DNA of 64,000 nucleotides from Rubrivivax sp. (GTDB taxonomy: Bacteria > Pseudomonadota > Gammaproteobacteria > Burkholderiales > Burkholderiaceae_C), in the NCBI GenBank assembly GCA_016789955.1, contig JAEUPB010000004.1:22141-86140 (forward strand), read 5' to 3'. Positions 58,185-64,000 of the stretch are shown here, one piece after another. Positions within the stretch are counted from its first letter, which is position 1. The number at the start of each line of letters is the position of its first letter. The position numbers and the translations under genes were made by a program. The notes under the pieces were generated by a model. That model was not told where the DNA came from. It made no database searches and saw nothing but the letters and a program-made list of their open reading frames with translations.

Positions 58185-59279
58185 ATGAGCGCCATGCGAG
58201 CCTTCATCCACCAGCCCCATCCATCGCGCGTGATCTTCGGCGCAGGCGCCTTGCAGCAGCTCTCGGCCGAGGTCGAACGGCTGGGCGCACGCCGCGCGCT
58301 GGTGCTGGCCACCCCGGAGCAGCGCGGGGCCGCCGACGCGGTGGCCGCGCTGCTGGGCGGCCGCGCGGCCGGCGTGTACGCCCGCGCCGTGATGCACGTG
58401 CCGGTGGAGGTGGCGCGCGAGGCCCGCACCGAAGCGGCGCGGCTGGGCGCCGACTGCGCGGTGGCGGTGGGCGGGGGATCGACCACCGGGCTGGCCAAGG
58501 CCATCGCGCTCGAGTCGGCACTGCCCATCATCGCCGTGCCCACCACCTACGCCGGCAGCGAGGTGACGCCGATCTGGGGCCTCACCGAGGGCGGCGTGAA
58601 GAAGACCGGCCGCGATGCACGCGTGCTGCCGCGCACGGTGATCTACGACCCCGAGCTGACGCTCGGGCTGCCGCTGGCGATGACCGTGACCAGCGCCTTC
58701 AACGCCATCGCCCACGCCGCCGAGGGCCTGTACGCGCCCGATGTGAACCCGGTGATCGCACTGATGGCCGAGGAAGGCATCCGCGCCAGCGCGGCGGCGC
58801 TGCCACCGCTGCTGCGCGACGGGCGCGACCTCGCCGCACGCAGCGATGCGCTCTACGGTGCCTGGCTGTGCGGCACCGTGCTGGGCGCCATCACGATGGG
58901 GCTGCACCACAAGCTGTGCCACACGCTGGGCGGGACCTTCAACCTGCCGCACGCCGACACCCACACGGTGGTGCTGCCGCATGCGCTGGCCTACAACGCC
59001 GCCGCGGCGCCGCAGGCGATGGCGCGCGTGGCGCGGGCGCAGGGCGTGGCGGAAGCCGACGCCGCCGATCCCCTGGCCGCGGCGCGCGCGCTGCACGGGC
59101 TGGCGCAGCAGCTGGGCGCGCCGACCTCGCTGGCCCGGCTCGGCATGCCCGCCGAGGGGCTCGACCGCGCGGCCGACCTGGCGGTGTCGGCGCCCTACCC
59201 CAACCCGCGGCCGCTGGAACGCGCCGCGTTGCGCGCCTTGCTGCAGCGCGCGTACGATGGGTCGGCGCCCGCGGCCTGA
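58185..59279 (+). CDS. Maleylacetate reductase (iron-containing ADH family)
   Basis: MHVP, GGGSTTGLAK, PTTYAGSE, NAIAHAAE, HHKLCHTLGG, YPNP. Confidence 0.92.
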   Translation: MSAMRAFIHQPHPSRVIFGAGALQQLSAEVERLGARRALVLATPEQRGAADAVAALLGGRAAGVYARAVMHVPVEVAREARTEAARLGADCAVAVGGGSTTGLAKAIALESALPIIAVPTTYAGSEVTPIWGLTEGGVKKTGRDARVLPRTVIYDPELTLGLPLAMTVTSAFNAIAHAAEGLYAPDVNPVIALMAEEGIRASAAALPPLLRDGRDLAARSDALYGAWLCGTVLGAITMGLHHKLCHTLGGTFNLPHADTHTVVLPHALAYNAAAAPQAMARVARAQGVAEADAADPLAAARALHGLAQQLGAPTSLARLGMPAEGLDRAADLAVSAPYPNPRPLERAALRALLQRAYDGSAPAA

Positions 59280-59292
59280 GCCGCCGTGACGC

Positions 59293-59427
59293 CAGCGGTT
59301 CCGCCACGTGTCGATCGGGGCCTTAAGGGTTGCATCACCGGCCCGCGAGACCGCAAGAATCCCCCGCAGAACGTTGCGGAACCGCTGCGACTGAAACATC
59401 CCGCAGCATCCCTTAAGTCACCTTAGG
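59293..59427. repeat. Two interleaved inverted-repeat pairs plus CTTAAG/CTTAGG direct repeat
   Basis: 59293-59309 vs 59371-59387 (16/17); 59322-59333 vs 59406-59417 (11/12). Confidence 0.7.
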
Positions 59428-59519
59428 GGGGCGCCCCGGACCCCCTTCCATCATCTGTTCGCGACCCGCGGAGCGCCCGGCACCCAGCCTGGCGGCCGCC
59501 AGAACTGCGGACAACAAGG

Positions 59520-60410
59520 ATGGGATCGACGATCGCGAGGGAAGCTGCTGCAGCGCCGGGCCGAGGCGCGAAGGCGGCATCGAAAGGCAGGCCGTGGCTG
59601 GGCCCGCTGGTGGTGGTCTGGCTGGTCACCGCCTGGATGTTCGGGCGCTCGGGGCTGTTCACGTCGGGCGACGACTTCAGCTACTGGATGGCGGTGGTCG
59701 GCGGCACGATGATGCTGCTGGTGCTGCTGTACCCGGCGCGCAAGTACCTGCGCGGGCTGCGCTCGCTGGGCCACGTGCGCATCTGGCTGCACCTGCACCT
59801 GGTGTTCGGGCTGCTCGGGCCCTGGCTGATCCTGTCGCACTCCACGTTCCGGCTGGGCTCGCTGAACGCGACCGTGGCGCTGTGGAGCATGGTCATCGTG
59901 GTGGCCAGCGGCGTGATCGGGCGCTACCTGTACGTGCGCGTGCACCGCGGGCTCGATGGCGAGCTGACCTCGCTGCGCGAACTGCAGGCGCGGGCCGGCC
60001 TCACCGAGAGCGACGCCCGTTCGCGGCTGGCCTTCGCCCCTGACGTGGCGGTGGCGCTGCTGGACTGCGAGCGCCGCGCGATGGCGGTGGCCCCGGGGCT
60101 GCCCGGCGCGCTGATGCTCGTGGCGGGGCTGCCGGCGCAACTGTGGTTCGCGCAGCGCCGCTGCCGCCGCATGCTGGAGGCGCCGCTGCGCGCTGCTGCC
60201 GCCGAGCGCGGCTGGAGCGATGACGAACTGGCCCGCCGGCGCCGCCACGCGCAGCTGCTGATCGACCGCTACCTGGACGCCGTGCAGCGCGTGGCGCAAT
60301 ACAGCGCCATCGAGCGCGTGTTCGCGCTGTGGCACGTGGCGCACATGCCCTTCGTCGTGCTGCTGTTCCTAAGCGCCATCGTGCACGTGGTGGCGGTGCA
60401 TGCGTACTGA
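59520..60410 (+). CDS. His-rich inner-membrane protein (ferric-reductase-like, cytochrome b-type) linked to multiheme cytochromes
   Basis: Several TM helices carrying WLHLH, LSHS, WHVAH, VHVVAVH. Confidence 0.72.
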   Translation: MGSTIAREAAAAPGRGAKAASKGRPWLGPLVVVWLVTAWMFGRSGLFTSGDDFSYWMAVVGGTMMLLVLLYPARKYLRGLRSLGHVRIWLHLHLVFGLLGPWLILSHSTFRLGSLNATVALWSMVIVVASGVIGRYLYVRVHRGLDGELTSLRELQARAGLTESDARSRLAFAPDVAVALLDCERRAMAVAPGLPGALMLVAGLPAQLWFAQRRCRRMLEAPLRAAAAERGWSDDELARRRRHAQLLIDRYLDAVQRVAQYSAIERVFALWHVAHMPFVVLLFLSAIVHVVAVHAY

Positions 60411-60449
60411 CCGTATGCACGACCGAACGCACCCGCGAGCGGGCCATGC

Positions 60450-62516
60450 GTGCTGATGGCGCCATCGGAATGCCGGTTCGCAGGCCGCGACGCGCGCAGG
60501 CTGCTGGCGTACGCCGCGGCCACGCTGCTTGTGCTGCTGGCGGGCCTGCTGCCGGCGCCGGTGCTGGCTCAGAACATCGAGTCGGTGCTGCGCCCGGGCG
60601 ACGTGATCCGCGGCCATGCCCGCTGGGAGGAGGAGTGCACGCAGTGCCACGTGCGCTTCGACCGCAACGCGCAGAGCGAGCTGTGCATGGGCTGCCACAA
60701 GGACGTGGGGGCTGATGTGAGACAGCGCACCGGCTACCACGGAAGGCTGAAACCGCAGCCCTGCCGCAGCTGCCACACCGACCACAAGGGGCGCGACGCT
60801 CGCATCGCCGAGTTCGACCCGCAGCGCTTCGACCACACGCAGACCGACTACGCGCTGCGCGGCCGCCACGCCACCGCGGAGTGCCGCAAGTGCCACCAGC
60901 CGGCGCGCAAGTACAGCCAGGCGCCGTCGGACTGCCTCTCCTGCCACCGCGCCGACGACACCCACAAGGGCAGGCTCGGGCCGGCCTGCGCCGACTGCCA
61001 CACCGAGCAGAACTGGAAGCAGACCCGTTTCGACCACTCGCGCACGCGGTTCGCGCTGACCGGCAAGCACGTCGACACGAAGTGCGAGGACTGCCACAAT
61101 ACCTCGAACCCCAAGGACGCGCCGCGCGAGTGCGTGGGCTGCCACAAGAAGGACGACGACGGCACGCGCGGCCACCGCGGGCGCTACGGCGACAAGTGCG
61201 ACACCTGCCACGGCACGAAGGCGTGGAAGCCGTCGATCTTCGACCACGACGAGCGCACCAAGTTCTCGCTGCGCGGCCGCCACCGCACCGCCACCTGCAC
61301 CGCCTGCCACACCGGCCACCTTTATCGAGACAAGGTCGGCAGCGCCTGCATCGACTGCCACCGCAAGGACGACAAGCACGAGGGCGCTCTGGGCCGCGAG
61401 TGCCAGGCCTGCCACGGCGAGCAGAACTGGAAGGACACGCCCCGCTTCGACCACGACCGCACGCGCTACCCGCTGCTGGGCAAGCACCGCGACGCGCGCT
61501 GCGACGCCTGCCACAAGGACCGCCGCTACCAGGGCACCGCCACCACCTGCGTGGCCTGCCACCGCGCCGACGACCGCCACAAGCCGAGCCTGGGCGACGA
61601 CTGCGCGGCCTGCCACGTGGAGCAGGGCTGGAAGCAGATGGCGCGCTTCGACCACCAGCGCACCCGCTTCGCGCTCGAAGGCCGCCACCGCGACACGCGC
61701 TGCGAGGCCTGCCACAAGGACGCCAACTACCGCGCCACGCCCAGCGACTGCAACGCCTGCCACCGTGGCGACGACAAGCACGCCGCCACGCTGGGGCCGC
61801 GCTGCGCCGACTGCCACGACGCGCGCGCCTGGAAGCCGGCGCCGCGCTTCGACCACCAGCGCACGAAGTTCCCGCTGCGCAACGCGCATGCGGCGCGCAC
61901 CGTGGCCTGCACCGCCTGCCATGCCGACGCGAAGCAGATGCGCAGCACGCCGCTCGAGTGCAACGCCTGCCACGCACGCGACGACAAGCATGCCGGCCAG
62001 CTCGGCACGCGCTGCGACTCCTGCCACACCGACGTGCGCTGGACCGACACGCGCTTCGACCACGCGCGTGCCCGCTTCCCGCTGCTCGGGCGCCACCTGG
62101 CCGTGCGCTGCAGCGGCTGCCACACGTCGCCGCGCTACCGCGATGCCTCGCGCGAGTGCGTCGGCTGCCATCAGAAGGAGGACAAGCACGCACAACGGTT
62201 CGGCACCCTCTGCGAGAGCTGCCACAACGCGCGCAGCTGGCGGCTGTGGAGCTACGACCACGCCGCCCGCGCCCGCTATGCGCTCGACGGCGCGCACGCC
62301 CGCATCACCTGCGAGGCCTGCCACAAGGAGCCGGCACCGCGCGGCCGCGCCGCCGCGGAGCTGTCCACGCTGTGCGGCGATTGCCACCAGAAGGACGACC
62401 GGCACCAGGGTGCGTTCGGCCCGCAGTGCGACCGCTGCCACGGCACCGGCGACTGGAAGACGTTGCGGCATCGCGGCACGTCGTTGAAACCCTCGGCCGC
62501 GGGGCCCGCTGGATGA
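60450..62516 (+). CDS. 27-heme c-type cytochrome (periplasmic, triheme-module repeats)
   Basis: 27 CxxCH counted by hand; Sec signal ending VLA-Q; repeated FDH..T.F.L.G.H modules. Confidence 0.93.
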   Translation: MLMAPSECRFAGRDARRLLAYAAATLLVLLAGLLPAPVLAQNIESVLRPGDVIRGHARWEEECTQCHVRFDRNAQSELCMGCHKDVGADVRQRTGYHGRLKPQPCRSCHTDHKGRDARIAEFDPQRFDHTQTDYALRGRHATAECRKCHQPARKYSQAPSDCLSCHRADDTHKGRLGPACADCHTEQNWKQTRFDHSRTRFALTGKHVDTKCEDCHNTSNPKDAPRECVGCHKKDDDGTRGHRGRYGDKCDTCHGTKAWKPSIFDHDERTKFSLRGRHRTATCTACHTGHLYRDKVGSACIDCHRKDDKHEGALGRECQACHGEQNWKDTPRFDHDRTRYPLLGKHRDARCDACHKDRRYQGTATTCVACHRADDRHKPSLGDDCAACHVEQGWKQMARFDHQRTRFALEGRHRDTRCEACHKDANYRATPSDCNACHRGDDKHAATLGPRCADCHDARAWKPAPRFDHQRTKFPLRNAHAARTVACTACHADAKQMRSTPLECNACHARDDKHAGQLGTRCDSCHTDVRWTDTRFDHARARFPLLGRHLAVRCSGCHTSPRYRDASRECVGCHQKEDKHAQRFGTLCESCHNARSWRLWSYDHAARARYALDGAHARITCEACHKEPAPRGRAAAELSTLCGDCHQKDDRHQGAFGPQCDRCHGTGDWKTLRHRGTSLKPSAAGPAG

Positions 62517-64000
62517 ACGCCCGCCCGGTCTGGACCTGGTTGCGCACGCTGCTGCTCGGCGTGCTGGCCTTGCTGCTGTGGCTGCCGGCGCTGCCTGCCG
62601 AAGCCCAGACGGCCACGGCCGGGTTCGATCACCTGCGCACCGGCTTCGCGCTCACCGGGCGCCACGCCACGACGAGTTGCGAGTCGTGCCACCAGGGCGG
62701 CGTGCTGCAGGGCACGCCGCGCGATTGCGCGTCGTGCCACCGTTCGGGCCAGCGCTTCGCGCGCGGCAACGTGGTGATGTCGAGCAACCACCTGCCCACC
62801 CAGCTGAGCTGCGAGAGCTGCCACGACGCCAAGACCTTCGCCGGCGCCAAGTTCAACCATGCGGGCGTCACCGCCGGCAGTTGCGCGAGCTGCCACAACG
62901 GCTCCTCGGCGAGCGGCAAGTCGACCAGCCACGTCACCACGCGGGCGTCGTGCGACGCCTGCCACCGCACCGGCGCCACCTGGTCGCAGCTCTCGGCCTT
63001 CGACCACGCCGCCGTGCTGCCGGCAGCGTGCAGCTCGTGCCACAACGGCACGCGCGCCCGCGCCTCCGGCAAGCCCTCGAACCACATCCAGACCACCGCC
63101 ACGCCCGCGATGGCCGCGGCCGACTGCGACACCTGCCACAAGGGCAGCTACACATCCTGGGCCAACGGGCGCCTGCACGCCAGCGTCAGCGTCACCACCG
63201 GCTGCGCCTCGTGCCACAGCGGCACGCAGCTCGGCGCCGGCGGCAAGCCCTCGACGCCGGTGCACGCCAACGTCACCGGCAACTGCGAGAGCTGCCACAA
63301 GTCGGCGTCGACGTGGACCGGCGCGAAGGTCGACCACGCCACCTTCAACGACACCACCGCCTGCGGCAGCTGCCACAACGGCACGCAGGGCGTCACCGGC
63401 CGCTCGGCGACGCACATGCCCTCGGGCAGCACCAGCTGCGCCGTCTGCCACGGCACCAGCGCGTGGACGCCGTCGAAGTGGAACCACACGCAGATGGCGG
63501 TGGCCGCGCAGTGCGCCAGCTGCCACACCGGCGGCTACCCGCCGGCCGACGGCCGGCCCGCCAACCACATCCCCTACGCCACCATCGCGGCCACGGCGTC
63601 GGCCAACTGCGACACCTGCCACAAGGGCAGCACCACCACCTGGGCCAACGGCCGCCTGCACGCCAACGCGAGCATCGCCACAGGCTGCGCGGCCTGCCAC
63701 ACCGGCAGCTACCTGGCGGCCGTGGGCAAGCCGTCGAACGCGCTGCACGCCACCGTGGGCAGCGACTGCGAGAGCTGCCACAAGTCGACCTCGGCCTGGG
63801 CCGGCGCCAAGGTCGACCACTCCGGCTACAACGACAGCACCACCTGCGCCAACTGCCACAACGGCAGCACCGCCACGGGGAAGGGCTCGACCCACATCCC
63901 GTCCGGCAGCACCAACTGCCTGACCTGCCACAACACCGCCGCCTGGGCACCGTCGAAGTGGACCCACGCGCAGCTCGCCGTCACCGGCCAGTGCGCGAGC
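62513..64000 (+). CDS. Large multiheme c-type cytochrome (>=17 CxxCH), truncated by window end
   Basis: Manual translation MNARPVWTWLRTLLLGVLALLLWLPALPAEAQ...; 17 complete CxxCH plus a partial CAS at the end; ATGA overlap. Missing from the ORF track. Confidence 0.92.
   Translation, partial: MNARPVWTWLRTLLLGVLALLLWLPALPAEAQTATAGFDHLRTGFALTGRHATTSCESCHQGGVLQGTPRDCASCHRSGQRFARGNVVMSSNHLPTQLSCESCHDAKTFAGAKFNHAGVTAGSCASCHNGSSASGKSTSHVTTRASCDACHRTGATWSQLSAFDHAAVLPAACSSCHNGTRARASGKPSNHIQTTATPAMAAADCDTCHKGSYTSWANGRLHASVSVTTGCASCHSGTQLGAGGKPSTPVHANVTGNCESCHKSASTWTGAKVDHATFNDTTACGSCHNGTQGVTGRSATHMPSGSTSCAVCHGTSAWTPSKWNHTQMAVAAQCASCHTGGYPPADGRPANHIPYATIAATASANCDTCHKGSTTTWANGRLHANASIATGCAACHTGSYLAAVGKPSNALHATVGSDCESCHKSTSAWAGAKVDHSGYNDSTTCANCHNGSTATGKGSTHIPSGSTNCLTCHNTAAWAPSKWTHAQLAVTGQCAS

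Noticed and set aside
62276-63967. 563-aa minus-strand ORF
   Set aside because: Antisense shadow of the multiheme cytochrome on the plus strand.
60500-64000. Periodic TGCCAC repeats suggesting a CRISPR or DNA tandem array
   Set aside because: They are Cys-His codons of CxxCH motifs; there is no constant repeat-spacer structure.
1-64000. Mobile element, prophage or tRNA-anchored island
   Set aside because: No integrase, transposase, phage gene, tRNA or flanking direct repeat was seen.

Overview
Very GC-rich, gene-dense window that looks like Burkholderiales (Rubrivivax/Ideonella/Leptothrix-like; inferred from gene content). I see about 62 protein-coding genes and no rRNA, tRNA, CRISPR array, integrase or IS. 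There are four blocks. (1) 1-23.8 kb: a catabolic island with three TRAP transporters, a stand-alone GAF protein, two MmgE/PrpD proteins, PaaK-like ligase, amidase, AhpD/CMD, PuuE-like hydrolase, crotonase, 2OG-Fe(II) oxygenase, cupin, two Cys-less maleate-isomerase-like proteins, CaiB transferase and HMG-CoA-lyase-like enzyme. A repeated TGT-N4-ACA operator (5 copies) links four promoter regions, probably to the local GntR/UTRA regulator. (2) 23.9-30 kb: mixed genes, including a degenerate cyclase-STAND ATPase-TPR protein. (3) 30-47.6 kb: an 18-gene LysR-divergent aromatic/organic-acid catabolic operon with an intact intradiol dioxygenase and a second copy lacking 3 of 4 iron ligands. A maleylacetate reductase/MetE-like pair lies about 10 kb away. 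(4) 59.5-64 kb: the start of a large multiheme cytochrome locus (His-rich inner-membrane protein, 27-heme cytochrome, and a >=17-heme Ser/Thr-rich cytochrome running off the window). It resembles PCC3-type extracellular electron-transfer conduits and is preceded by an interleaved double inverted repeat. All calls come from motif reading by eye; no database search was run.
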